Shown piece after piece: positions 8,699-17,465 of a stretch of DNA of 64,000 nucleotides. The notes under the pieces were generated by a model, which searched no databases, was not told the DNA's origin, and saw only the letters and a list, made by a program, of their open reading frames with translations. The position numbers were made by a program, and so were the translations under genes. Origin of the DNA: Candidatus Nomurabacteria bacterium (GTDB taxonomy: Bacteria > Patescibacteriota > Minisyncoccia > Phycocordibacterales > SBAW01); assembly GCA_943356495.1 (NCBI GenBank), contig CALRFF010000001.1, forward strand, positions 193,012-257,011, given 5' to 3'. Positions within the stretch are counted from its first letter, which is position 1. Each line of letters starts with the position of its first letter.

Positions 8699-10243
8699 CT
8701 ACATATCGTCGGGTTCGACGAGACCAAGCCGCACAAGACGCGCGTTAATAGCGCCTTTTTGGCGGCCAAACTCTGTAACTAATGTAGACACAGTAGCATT
8801 ACCACGAAACAACTCGGTTAGGCGTGCGTCGTCGTCGGCCGACCACGGTTTGTAGGCGTTGGGGTGCTTTTGGCGCATCTTTTCCAGCCGGCTTGCGCCT
8901 TCGCCAGACGCCTTCTCCTTCTTAATTTCTTCAGGATCTTTACCGCCCACCGCAGTGACAAATTTTTTGTGCAGGACCGCAAGCTCGGCCGGAGGCATCT
9001 TTGCAAACGCGTCGCGTGCTGCGCCGGATAACTTTCTAAACTCTGCGTCACGCTCGAGTATCACGGGGTGCACCTCGAGCGCGCGCTGGTTAAATCCGCT
9101 GAGGTACAGCCCCGCGAGCGACCGCACGCGCGACAGCGCGACATACCCCTGCCCGTACTCAAACGCGCGGCTAAGGTCCATTACGGCGCTGTCTAAACTC
9201 ATACCCTGAGACTTGTGCACGGTAATAGCCCACGCCAAACGCAGCGGCACTTGAGTTATTTTGGCGAGCGTACGCGCACGATCATCTATCCGCCACTCTT
9301 CGGACGACGCTTCTATCACGCCGCCGTGGGTTGTAACCAGCGGATAACCGGCCTCGCTCCAACCGGTAACCGTGCCTAACGTGCCGTTAACATAGCCGTG
9401 CTCGAAGTTGTTGCGGGTAAACATCACCCACGCGCCTTCTTTAAGCGTTAAAATTTCGGGCGACAAGCACCCGCGCTTTAATCCCTCGACCAAGGGCTTA
9501 CTACCCTCGGTCTGCATAGTAAACACGCGCGCCGGTTTGCCTATCGTTGCAAGTGCCTCGCTGTTTATGTTGTCGACATCGGCGTTGTGTGGGTATAGGC
9601 GCGTTACTTGCGCACCAGTAGGTGCCGTGGCGCGGGCCTGCAGCATTTCGATATGTAGGGTGTCTATCTCGCCGGCGCGCAGTGCACCAAGAAGGCTCAA
9701 AAACGCATCGTCTTCTTGGCGGTGCTGCTCGCTAAGATAGCAGTACAGCGGGTTGGCGGCCTCCCACGCGGGCGACTCAAAGGCAAACTGCGCGGCCTCG
9801 CCTTTAGACACCGGCGGGAGTTGGAAAAAGTCCCCCACAAAAATAACTTGTAACCCGCCAAAAGGCCGTGCGCTCCCCCGCAACGTTTTAGTGGCCAAGT
9901 CGACCAGTGTTAGCAGGTGCGCGTCGAGCATCGACACTTCGTCGATAATAAGCACGTGGCTGTTGCGGACACGGCGCACCAAGCTTTCCCTCTCGAGCAG
10001 GGCCTCGAGGTCCCAGTCGGTTAGGTCGCGCCTAACTCCGATGCCGCTCCACGCGTGTATCGTCATACCGCCCACGTGTGTGGCGGCAATACCGGTCGAG
10101 GCGGTGATAGCAGGCTCTACCCCGCGCTCGCGCAGCCAGCTGATGTAGCGGTTAATAGTGTACGTCTTGCCGCTCCCAGGCTCGCCGGTTAAAAAGACAT
10201 TAGCTCCACTCTTTAAAATCTCTAACGCTTGCTCTTGAGTCAT
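8699..10243 (-). CDS. PIF1/RecD-like ATP-dependent DNA helicase with C-terminal Rho-N-like HTH
   Basis: Walker A (GEPGSGKT), DEVSML, QHRQ and VHKSQG helicase motifs (AAA_30/UvrD_C_2 architecture). Confidence 0.8.
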   Translation of the reverse strand: MTQEQALEILKSGANVFLTGEPGSGKTYTINRYISWLRERGVEPAITASTGIAATHVGGMTIHAWSGIGVRRDLTDWDLEALLERESLVRRVRNSHVLIIDEVSMLDAHLLTLVDLATKTLRGSARPFGGLQVIFVGDFFQLPPVSKGEAAQFAFESPAWEAANPLYCYLSEQHRQEDDAFLSLLGALRAGEIDTLHIEMLQARATAPTGAQVTRLYPHNADVDNINSEALATIGKPARVFTMQTEGSKPLVEGLKRGCLSPEILTLKEGAWVMFTRNNFEHGYVNGTLGTVTGWSEAGYPLVTTHGGVIEASSEEWRIDDRARTLAKITQVPLRLAWAITVHKSQGMSLDSAVMDLSRAFEYGQGYVALSRVRSLAGLYLSGFNQRALEVHPVILERDAEFRKLSGAARDAFAKMPPAELAVLHKKFVTAVGGKDPEEIKKEKASGEGASRLEKMRQKHPNAYKPWSADDDARLTELFRGNATVSTLVTEFGRQKGAINARLVRLGLVEPDDM

Positions 10244-10599
10244 TTCACTTCAAGATCAAGACACACGGAGTTAATGCAGTACCGTTTGCCGGTGGTCTCG
10301 GCGGGGCCGTCATTAAACACGTGGCCCAAATGCCCGCCGCACTTGGCGCACACCACCTCGGTGCGGCGCATGCCGCCGCTGTAGTCCTCGTGCAGGGTGG
10401 TCGAGCCTGCTATAGCATCGTCAAAGCTCGGCCAGCCGGTGCCGGAGTCAAACTTGGTCCCCGATGCAAACAATGGGTTGCCGCATTGCGCGCAATTGTA
10501 GGTACCCTCCCTTTTTTCCTGCAGCAAAGCGCCGGAAAAAGGTTTTTCTGTACCGCGCTCCAGCATCACACGCTTTTGTTCGTCAGTGAGTTCTTTCAT
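10240..10599 (-). CDS. msrB: Peptide methionine sulfoxide reductase MsrB
   Basis: CxxC...CxxC zinc site and the RYCINS catalytic motif. Start at the internal Met (MKELTDEQ). Confidence 0.85.
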   Translation of the reverse strand: MKELTDEQKRVMLERGTEKPFSGALLQEKREGTYNCAQCGNPLFASGTKFDSGTGWPSFDDAIAGSTTLHEDYSGGMRRTEVVCAKCGGHLGHVFNDGPAETTGKRYCINSVCLDLEVK

Positions 10600-10601
10600 G
10601 T

Positions 10602-11276
10602 TTATTCGTCGTACTCCTTTTCGCCCTCCAGACGCACCACCTCCTCTAATTCGGCGGTGAGTTTTGGTATCACGCATAGCACCTTGCCCGCGATTTTAAA
10701 GTCTTCGCGCAAAATAATCGGTTTGTACTTGGGGTCTTTGTTTTCTGGGTGGAGTATCGTAAAGCCGTCTTTCCTCTCCAGCCGCTTGACCGTAACCATG
10801 TCGCCGACAATAGCCGCCACACGGTCGCCGTTTTGCGCATGCTCGGTAAAGCGGATAAGCACGTAGTCGCCGGAGTGTATGCCCGCGTCGGCCATACTTT
10901 CTCCCACGGCGCGCACCGCCACTATCCCGCCGTCCTCCTCCTCTACAATTTTTTTATCTACTTCTAAAAACTCGTCATGCTCTTCTTGCGCAAACTGCGA
11001 CAGGTCGTCACACCCGACGTTTGCCACCACCGGCACGTTGACCGTGCCCCACCCGCCGTCGACGTTGCGTAGCTCGATGTTGCGCCACGTAAACTTGCGC
11101 CGCACGATGTAACCCTTAGACTCCAGTGCCTCGACATACTGCGCCACGGTGCGCACCGACTTAAACCCCAAGTTTTTGCGCAACTCCTCGAGTGTCGGCG
11201 GTTCGCCCTTGGCCTCGACATAGAGGCGGATGTTGTCCAGCACACGCTTCTGCTTGTAGGTTAGTGGTGATTGCAT
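10602..11276 (-). CDS. lexA: LexA repressor (S24 peptidase)
   Basis: N-terminal winged HTH, Ala-Gly cleavage region, GESM catalytic Ser and a downstream Lys. Confidence 0.85.
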   Translation of the reverse strand: MQSPLTYKQKRVLDNIRLYVEAKGEPPTLEELRKNLGFKSVRTVAQYVEALESKGYIVRRKFTWRNIELRNVDGGWGTVNVPVVANVGCDDLSQFAQEEHDEFLEVDKKIVEEEDGGIVAVRAVGESMADAGIHSGDYVLIRFTEHAQNGDRVAAIVGDMVTVKRLERKDGFTILHPENKDPKYKPIILREDFKIAGKVLCVIPKLTAELEEVVRLEGEKEYDE

Positions 11277-11354
11277 ACACCTAAATTAACACACCTTTTT
11301 TAGGTGCAATACACTCGGATACACTTGTTTTGTGGATATCCTAAAAAAACCCTG

Positions 11355-12014
11355 CTATTGCAAGGTAATTCCGGTAATCACGACCGGCGTAAGGGGGCGG
11401 TCTGAGCCGTCTGTAGGCACATTGTTGATAGCCATAACGACATCAAGACCGGTTGTAACCTTGCCGAAGACATTGTATTTGCCGTCCAAAAACGCGTTGT
11501 CTGCCGCATTGATAAAGAACTGGCTCCCGTTGGTGTCGGGGCCCGAGTTTGCCATCGACACCACCCCCACCCCGTTGTGGGCGATAACATTTTCGTTAGC
11601 AAATTTGTAGCCCGGCCCGCCGGTGCCCCAGCGCGCCGCCTGCGAGTCGTCGGTGGTTAGCGGGTCACCGCCCTGATTCATAAATCCTTTGATAACGCGA
11701 TGGAACTTGGTGTTGTCGTAAAAGCCCGCCTTAGCAAGCTTAATAAAGTTGGTGGTTGTTTTGGGTGCGGCGTCGGCAAAAAACTCTATTACGATGTCGC
11801 CCTTGCTGGTGTGGAGTGTCGCGTGCATGACTTTAGCGGGATTAGTGGTAGTGGTAGTGGTAGTGGCGGCAGCTGCGGTAGTAGTTGCCACCGTCGGTGT
11901 CGAGGTGGCGTACAGATCGGCGCTTGGGGCGGCCGATTGGCGAGGAGAGATAGCCCAATACCCCGCACCAAGCAACACCGCACCCGCGGCAATAGCAATA
12001 TATACCTTACTCAT
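11355..12014 (-). CDS. Cyclophilin-type peptidyl-prolyl cis-trans isomerase, membrane-anchored
   Basis: Cyclophilin signature (HRVIKGFMNQGGDP...FFIN) after an N-terminal TM segment and a Thr-rich linker. Confidence 0.85.
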   Translation of the reverse strand: MSKVYIAIAAGAVLLGAGYWAISPRQSAAPSADLYATSTPTVATTTAAAATTTTTTTNPAKVMHATLHTSKGDIVIEFFADAAPKTTTNFIKLAKAGFYDNTKFHRVIKGFMNQGGDPLTTDDSQAARWGTGGPGYKFANENVIAHNGVGVVSMANSGPDTNGSQFFINAADNAFLDGKYNVFGKVTTGLDVVMAINNVPTDGSDRPLTPVVITGITLQ

Positions 12015-12023
12015 ACGGTTAGC

Positions 12024-12332
12024 TTAGTGATGTACGCGGTCGCTGTGCGCCGAAAAAAGTTGCTTCCAGTGCAGTTTGGCGACGAAGAAAAGATAAATAA
12101 TTTCCAGTATGCCCATAGTGTGCACCACCAGCAAAATAACAAACCACCAGTACTGCCCACGGCGCGCCGCATGCCATAACGCCAAACCTTTCCACACCAG
12201 CGCCCACGCTACAACCAAAATAATAAACGGAGCGGCTATAGCAAGCGCCGCAAGCATCCACGGATGCTGCATCCATGGCTCTACCGCCCCCGGACCCCAA
12301 CCCCCGTACATACTCCAGTCTTGGTTATACAT
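12024..12332 (-). CDS. Small membrane protein (hypothetical)
   Basis: Two predicted TM helices, Trp-rich. No known domain. Confidence 0.4.
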   Translation of the reverse strand: MYNQDWSMYGGWGPGAVEPWMQHPWMLAALAIAAPFIILVVAWALVWKGLALWHAARRGQYWWFVILLVVHTMGILEIIYLFFVAKLHWKQLFSAHSDRVHH

Positions 12333-12350
12333 ATACCGTAAGTATACCTC

Positions 12351-12728
12351 TTAGGCGGAGTGCTGCTCGGCAGCCTCGGCATCGGCCTTGGTTTTGTGTA
12401 CCGTGCCGTCTTTGTGATTGGGCGGCGCGTACAGGGTATACAGCTTCATCGGGGCGTCGGCGCCATTGATAATGTTGTGCATAACGCCGGCCGGTACCAC
12501 CACCGCAAAACCGGCGGTAATAGCGTGCTCCACGCCGTCAAGCACCGCCGTGCCGCTCCCCGCCTCGACGCGGATAAACTGGTCGAGCTGGTGCACCTCT
12601 GCGCCGATATCCTCACCCGGCTGTAGCGCCATAACTACCACCTGCACACGCTCGTCGGTGTAGAGCACGCGGCGAAAAAACTCATTGGTAAGCGAGTCCT
12701 GCTCGATGTTGGTTACAAATCCTTTCAT
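12351..12728 (-). CDS. Cupin domain protein
   Basis: Double-stranded beta-helix (cupin) motifs (G.D.G.E.H....H). Start at MKGFVTN. Confidence 0.55.
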   Translation of the reverse strand: MKGFVTNIEQDSLTNEFFRRVLYTDERVQVVVMALQPGEDIGAEVHQLDQFIRVEAGSGTAVLDGVEHAITAGFAVVVPAGVMHNIINGADAPMKLYTLYAPPNHKDGTVHKTKADAEAAEQHSA

Positions 12729-12910
12729 CTGCCCAGTATAACAAATAAGTGTATGCACACCGCGTGCGTCAACTAACGATCCCTACCAACGACTTGGCGA
12801 AATTAAGCACGAGCGTAAGGATAGCAATAAAAAAGTTAATAATGAGCGTTAGTACGCCGAGCAGGAACGACAGAATGGTCTGCAATATAGCTTCTATGGC
12901 TTGCATGGTT

Positions 12911-13264
12911 TTAGAGTATCACCTGTTGCGGCGGCTGCTCAACCACCACAGGGCGGGCGGCCACCTCGTTTATTACCTTGCGGGTGGTGGCCAGCTCGTC
13001 CTCAACCTGCTTTTTTTGTTTAACCAACTGGTGGTAGTTGTACTCGTCGCGGATAAGCCCCGGCAAAAGCATAAGCAGGGTAATAACCACGCCGGCCATC
13101 AGCGCCAAAAAGAGCACTACTGCAAGCGAGCCCGATATATGCCACGTTAAAAACGTGACCGTAATAGGCGTAATATTTTGTAGGACAAAGATAACCGATA
13201 AAGCGCCCAGCAGTGCCCCCAGCAGCATAAAAAGTATCATGCACCCAGTATTGCTGAGTTGCAT
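12911..13264 (-). CDS. LapA-family (DUF1049) inner membrane protein
   Basis: Two TM helices followed by a coiled-coil tail, typical of DUF1049/LapA. Confidence 0.5.
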   Translation of the reverse strand: MQLSNTGCMILFMLLGALLGALSVIFVLQNITPITVTFLTWHISGSLAVVLFLALMAGVVITLLMLLPGLIRDEYNYHQLVKQKKQVEDELATTRKVINEVAARPVVVEQPPQQVIL

Positions 13265-13295
13265 GAAGTTTAGATGTACTGCTCAGAAACACCGC

Positions 13296-13330
13296 CTCTA
13301 TTGCAGTGTTTTGCAAAACACTAGCATAGA
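13296..13330. promoter_or_regulatory. 35-bp promoter/operator module, copy 1 (contains 18-bp perfect palindrome AGTGTTTTGCAAAACACT)
   Basis: Identical to the copy at 13595-13629. Lies 32 nt upstream of the start of the DUF1049 gene. Also overlaps the last codons of arsR. Confidence 0.5.
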
Positions 13331-13585
13331 CTCGGCGCGGGGCGTGAGTTTGTGGCGGACCGCCGGACCTTCGTTGCGCTTGAGCAGTAAACCGGCGGCG
13401 GCCAGCTTGCGCACGTGGTCGGAAGCGTTTTCATACCCCATCTTCAACCGTTCGGATATATCAAGCACCGACAGCTCCGGCTGGCGGTGCAGCAGATCGA
13501 GGATCTGCAGGCGGCGGTGGCTCGCGACGCCTTTGATAATCCGTTCGAGGCGGCGGTAGTCCCCCGTACTTAGTGGGTTCGGCAT
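13298..13585 (-). CDS. ArsR/SmtB family transcriptional regulator
   Basis: Winged HTH (LQILDLLHRQPELSVLDISERL...). 95 aa. Confidence 0.75.
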   Translation of the reverse strand: MPNPLSTGDYRRLERIIKGVASHRRLQILDLLHRQPELSVLDISERLKMGYENASDHVRKLAAAGLLLKRNEGPAVRHKLTPRAESMLVFCKTLQ

Positions 13586-13594
13586 ATAGCATTA

Positions 13595-13629
13595 CTCTAT
13601 TGCAGTGTTTTGCAAAACACTAGCATAGA
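13595..13629. promoter_or_regulatory. 35-bp promoter/operator module, copy 2 (same 18-bp palindrome)
   Basis: Exact repeat of 13296-13330. Ends 10 nt upstream of the arsR start codon, so this is the likely autoregulatory operator. Confidence 0.5.
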
Positions 13630-13836
13630 GCTGGGGATAAAACAGGGAGGGATAGAAAAAGCGGGTGGAGTGGGGCGCGTGCCTGCGGTACTCCGCCGGA
13701 CACGCGCCTTAGGAGATAGGATTGCGGGGTGGAGGCGTTGGGGGGGTTAGCCGGAGACCTCGACGCTAAAGCCGCCGTAGGACATACGCTTAGGATCCAT
13801 CGGCATGTCGGCGTTGAGCCAAAAACCTGAGATACC

Positions 13837-13862
13837 CCGCGCGCTGCAAAGCGCGCGGTTTT
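13837..13862 (+). terminator. GC hairpin plus T-run (CCGCGCGCT-GCAA-AGCGCGCGG TTTT), copy 1
   Basis: Same hairpin sequence recurs at 14602-14625. No plus-strand ORF of 60 aa or more lies upstream. Confidence 0.35.
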
Positions 13863-13936
13863 CATGACCTAGCGAAGCGAGCAAACAAAAGCTTGCTTTT
13901 GATTTGTCGCGAGCGACGGGCCTATCAGCAGAGCCG

Positions 13937-14158
13937 TTATTGGTCGACTGAAAAGATTTTAGAGGGGCTGCGGTGGCCCGAAATAAGCCGCACCTTGGCC
14001 GCCGGCAGCGCAAAGTGCCGCGCCACCAGCTCGAGCACGCGGCGGTTGGCCAAGTTTTGTTTGGCGGGCTGTTTGACCACTATCTTTAGCCGGTCGTTAG
14101 CAAGCAACTCTACCTTTTCTTCCTTTGCGCCGGCGAGTACCCGTACACTGATATACAT
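13937..14158 (-). CDS. DUF167 (YggU-like) protein
   Basis: 73 aa. Conserved KxG...RL pattern of the YggU family. Confidence 0.55.
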   Translation of the reverse strand: MYISVRVLAGAKEEKVELLANDRLKIVVKQPAKQNLANRRVLELVARHFALPAAKVRLISGHRSPSKIFSVDQ

Positions 14159-14214
14159 ATATCAACGCTAGCAAATCTAAAGAAATTAGCTATACTCGCC
14201 GATAGAGGGCACGC

Positions 14215-14598
14215 ATGGGGTATGTCATGAGACACGTAGTAGCACTGGTTGTTGCTGCTTGCCTGTGGGCCACCGAGGCTCAGGCGCAGGTTGAGCAGGA
14301 AGAGGTGCTGGGGTGTCGCTCGGCCGAGCAGCTGACCGAGCTTATCGACCTGTTGCGCGACGGCAAGGTGGCCGACTCGCACCGCCGCTTCCGACAACTG
14401 AGCCGCCGGCCCGACAGGCAGTGTACGGTAGCGCCGGTGGGGAAAGTGCTGAAGTTTGAGGTGGTTAAGACCTATCACTATCTGGTCTTGGCCAAGCGCT
14501 TTGTGAGCGACGCCGTGGTGCTGAGGGTCGAGTACCAAAACGGCATGGTCGTATATATTGTGCTCGACCGCGTAGTCGGTTATGCCACCGAGATTTAG
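14215..14598 (+). CDS. Secreted hypothetical protein
   Basis: Signal peptide (VVALVVAACLWATEAQAQ). Followed directly by a strong terminator. Confidence 0.5.
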   Translation: MGYVMRHVVALVVAACLWATEAQAQVEQEEVLGCRSAEQLTELIDLLRDGKVADSHRRFRQLSRRPDRQCTVAPVGKVLKFEVVKTYHYLVLAKRFVSDAVVLRVEYQNGMVVYIVLDRVVGYATEI

Positions 14599-14601
14599 TT
14601 T

Positions 14602-14632
14602 CCCGCGCGCTGCAAAGCGCGCGGGTTTTTTA
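14602..14632 (+). terminator. Rho-independent terminator (CCCGCGCGCT-GCAA-AGCGCGCGGG followed by T6)
   Basis: Perfect GC stem plus a T-run, immediately after the 14215-14598 ORF. Confidence 0.6.
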
Positions 14633-15247
14633 TTGCAACAGTGTTTTAAGCACCGGCAGCACGCGCTTAGCAATGCGGGCGTAGCCCGCTTGGTTGGGGT
14701 GTACTGCGTCATACATAAACTCCTCGTTGCCTAACAGCCCACTAAGTACATCGGGGACAAAGGCTGTATGATACTGCTTGGCCAAAGCTTCGAAGCTGTT
14801 TTTAAAATTATCCTGCAACAAGCCGCCGCGCACGCCAAGCAAAAGTACTATCGCACCTTTTGCCTGCATAGTTTCGATAATAGTGGCAAGGTTGGTAAAG
14901 GTCTGCTCGCGTGGGACACGGCCTAAGTAGTCGTTGCCGCCCAAGAGCACGATAACCACCTTGGGGTTGTAAGCGTCTACTTGGCCGATGTGCTCGAGCG
15001 CTTTGGAGGTAGTGTCGCCGGAGTAGCCGAGGTTGATGATGGGCTGACCCACCGCGCGCGACAGCAGGTCGACCAACCCTTCCCCTTCGGGGGCGCCTTT
15101 GCCGGTTACCAAACTGTCGCCAAAGGCGATAACGTCGGTGCCGCTTGAGGGGTAGTTGGTTATAACGGGCGCGGGGCGGGAAAACAGGTACGCACCCGCA
15201 AGCGCAGCAGCAATCACGAGTACGATTATGTACCAACGCTTGTTCAT
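14630..15247 (-). CDS. SGNH/GDSL hydrolase family protein
   Basis: GDSL block (AFGDSLVTG), GGND block, DAVHPN catalytic block, N-terminal TM anchor. Confidence 0.7.
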   Translation of the reverse strand: MNKRWYIIVLVIAAALAGAYLFSRPAPVITNYPSSGTDVIAFGDSLVTGKGAPEGEGLVDLLSRAVGQPIINLGYSGDTTSKALEHIGQVDAYNPKVVIVLLGGNDYLGRVPREQTFTNLATIIETMQAKGAIVLLLGVRGGLLQDNFKNSFEALAKQYHTAFVPDVLSGLLGNEEFMYDAVHPNQAGYARIAKRVLPVLKTLLQ

Positions 15248-15591
15248 GCGCGTTCTATTGCGCGCAGTGCGCGGCGGCACTCGCGATAGTTGGGTACGCA
15301 CTTTGCCACCAGCGCCCAAAATGCAGGGCCGTGGTTAAACTCTTTTAGATGGCACAGCTCGTGGACGACTACATAGTCGGCCAGCGCAGGCGGCAGGAGC
15401 ACCAGTTTGTAATTAAAATTTAAATTGCCCTTTTGTGAGCAGCTGGCCCAGCGCGACTTGGTGTTTTTTATAAATACTTTGCCGACCGCATGGCCGTAAA
15501 AAGCGTTAAAGTATCCCACCCGCGCGTGCATTAATGCACGCGCACTTTCTTTAAGCTGCAGGTAGTGCTTTCTGTTTCTGCGCCGGAGCAT
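15244..15591 (-). CDS. DUF45/YgjP-like zinc metallopeptidase (M48/WLM-like HExxH)
   Basis: HELCHL (HExxH) motif and typical length. Confidence 0.55.
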   Translation of the reverse strand: MLRRRNRKHYLQLKESARALMHARVGYFNAFYGHAVGKVFIKNTKSRWASCSQKGNLNFNYKLVLLPPALADYVVVHELCHLKEFNHGPAFWALVAKCVPNYRECRRALRAIERA

Positions 15592-16484
15592 TACTGCACT
15601 ATAACAAGTGTCTTGCGGATTGAGTCAAACTGGCCCACCAGCGCGTCGTGGTTAAACTCACTGACCGTGCCTTCGGGATAGTTTTCTATAGCGCCGTAGT
15701 GTATGTAGTAGCGCACCGCGACGCAGGGGTTGGTGCCCGGCAAGGCAAACACCTGCTCTTCGTAGCGGTTGCCCGCGGCGGCGCCGGTTGAGGACGCGTA
15801 GGAGTATACGGTCGTGCCTTCGGCCAAGTTGCTGGCGGTAACGCTGTCCAAAAACTTTGTCGCAGAACATGCGGGGGTGTCGGGAAGCTGCTCGACCGAC
15901 ACGTACGAGTCGCTGCTAAGGTTGGTCCCCTGCGCCACCGCAGGGTCAATACTAAATTTGACGCCGTTTATCTCTTTGTTGGGGCCGAGCTGCTCGTAAA
16001 CATAGGTTTCGTCGCCTATATAGTGTGCAGGGTACCGCAAAGAAAAACCTTCTTGTCCGCTGGCGTATACCTGCGGCAAGTTATCGTCGTCGGCAACTCT
16101 GATGCAGTTTAGGTATGACTTTTCTGTATTGTCCTCGAGCACCAGTGCGCCGTTGCCTTTGTCCCAAAAGACAAACGACTCGTCTTTGTTGGCGTAGCGC
16201 ACCCCGCTTGCCGACACGGTTTGTGCAAGTTCGAGCGTGCGGCCGTCGCTTAGGACCACCGTGGCGCTACCGGTTGGAGTGGCGGACTGCGCACCGGCAT
16301 AGAGCGCGACGTCCATGGTCTTTTCCTCATCACATTGGTAGTGCACTTGGGAAATTAGCTGGCCCTCGTGCGTAGCGCCGAACAATTGCGCAAAAAACGG
16401 CGAGTACCGCCACTGCCACGCGACAAACGCCGCCACGAGCAACAGGACGATTGCAACTAACGTGCCGGTTTTAGGAACGTGCAT
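15591..16484 (-). CDS. Membrane-anchored protein with MliC-like (C-type lysozyme inhibitor) domain
   Basis: N-terminal TM segment. MliC-like beta-barrel segment (TVVLSDGRTLELAQTVSASGVRYANKDESFVFWDKGNGALV). Confidence 0.4.
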   Translation of the reverse strand: MHVPKTGTLVAIVLLLVAAFVAWQWRYSPFFAQLFGATHEGQLISQVHYQCDEEKTMDVALYAGAQSATPTGSATVVLSDGRTLELAQTVSASGVRYANKDESFVFWDKGNGALVLEDNTEKSYLNCIRVADDDNLPQVYASGQEGFSLRYPAHYIGDETYVYEQLGPNKEINGVKFSIDPAVAQGTNLSSDSYVSVEQLPDTPACSATKFLDSVTASNLAEGTTVYSYASSTGAAAGNRYEEQVFALPGTNPCVAVRYYIHYGAIENYPEGTVSEFNHDALVGQFDSIRKTLVIVQ

Positions 16485-16487
16485 AGG

Positions 16488-16871
16488 TTATACGACACCA
16501 CTGTGCTTCTTTTCTTTCAGATACGAGTCGACCGCAAGCGCCAAGGCGGCCGCAGCGATGCTTATATCGCGGAAGATAACCTCGAAGTTATTGAAGTCAA
16601 AGACCACTATTGCCATAAGCATCGCTGCGGCGAGCGCCGCAGGATACAGCACCTTGTAGCCCGAAAGCAACCACAACGCGATAAGCACCTCGACTACCCC
16701 AAACGCATGCAAGACCACCAGGTCGGACACGCCGACACTTGCCGCGGCGTCGAGCACAAACCGCGGGAAGTACCCGAGCCATGAGGTAGGGTCCATGAGC
16801 GCCGCATACGGCGGATAAAGGAACGCAAAGGCAACGCCGAGCCGGAGTATACGGTTGCTTGTTTTGTCCAT
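16488..16871 (-). CDS. DoxX-like membrane protein
   Basis: Four predicted TM helices, DoxX-like length and topology. Confidence 0.4.
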   Translation of the reverse strand: MDKTSNRILRLGVAFAFLYPPYAALMDPTSWLGYFPRFVLDAAASVGVSDLVVLHAFGVVEVLIALWLLSGYKVLYPAALAAAMLMAIVVFDFNNFEVIFRDISIAAAALALAVDSYLKEKKHSGVV

Positions 16872-17437
16872 TATTTAACTATAACAGAACCGCCGGCGCT
16901 AGCGTTGGTGTGGTCGTGATAACTGAAGGTGCCCGTCTGATTGAAGGTAAAGCTGTAGCTGGTGCCGTCCGCACACTGGTCAAACGGCTTGGCTCCCGTG
17001 TAGCCTGCGGCGCAGTGCGATGAGCGGTCAGTACCGTCGTAGACAGTGTGGCTTGGGTGTGATGCCGAGGCGACCCACATAGGGGTATCCGTAGAGACAA
17101 ACTTGACCGTGTCGCCCTTGTTAATAGTGACACTCGACGGGCTAAACCCGTTCCCGCTGTACGTGACCGTAACTGTTTTTGCCGCAGGTGCAGTAACCGT
17201 AACGCCGGCCGATACGCCCGCGCCGGTGCTACCGGTATTTTGTGTACCGGTGTTTTGCGTACCAGTGCTTGCCGTCGGCGTCGTGTCGTTAGTAGGCGTG
17301 GTGTTTGTGGTGTCGTTTGCGGCGGGAGTTGTGGCTGCTTGCTCGCTTACTACTGCAGGCTCCTGCATAAAGTACCATGCACCGCCCGCGATAATAGCTA
17401 CCCCTACTACCAATGTCGCCAATGTTGATGATTTCAT
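16871..17437 (-). CDS. Secreted Thr-rich protein with C-terminal Cys/His-containing domain (possible cupredoxin-like)
   Basis: Signal/TM segment. TGTQNTGTQNTG repeat encoded by a DNA tandem repeat. C-terminal domain carries conserved H/C residues. Confidence 0.35.
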   Translation of the reverse strand: MKSSTLATLVVGVAIIAGGAWYFMQEPAVVSEQAATTPAANDTTNTTPTNDTTPTASTGTQNTGTQNTGSTGAGVSAGVTVTAPAAKTVTVTYSGNGFSPSSVTINKGDTVKFVSTDTPMWVASASHPSHTVYDGTDRSSHCAAGYTGAKPFDQCADGTSYSFTFNQTGTFSYHDHTNASAGGSVIVK

Positions 17438-17465
17438 GTGATTGATTAATTAAGCGTTAATGGGA

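Noticed and set aside
11277-11354. Canonical SOS box (CTGT-N8-ACAG or CGAAC-N4-GTTCG) upstream of lexA
   Set aside because: Neither consensus is present. Only non-canonical inverted repeats were found, and they are reported as a low-confidence finding, not a feature.
13747-14013. 88-aa minus-strand ORF in the arsR-DUF167 intergenic region
   Set aside because: Arg/Cys-rich low-complexity translation with no ribosome-binding site. The region is better explained as non-coding promoter and terminator sequence.
14110-14712. 200-aa minus-strand ORF overlapping the secreted-protein gene 14215-14598
   Set aside because: Antisense to an ORF that has a signal peptide and its own strong terminator. 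The translation is Cys/His/Gln-rich and lacks domains.
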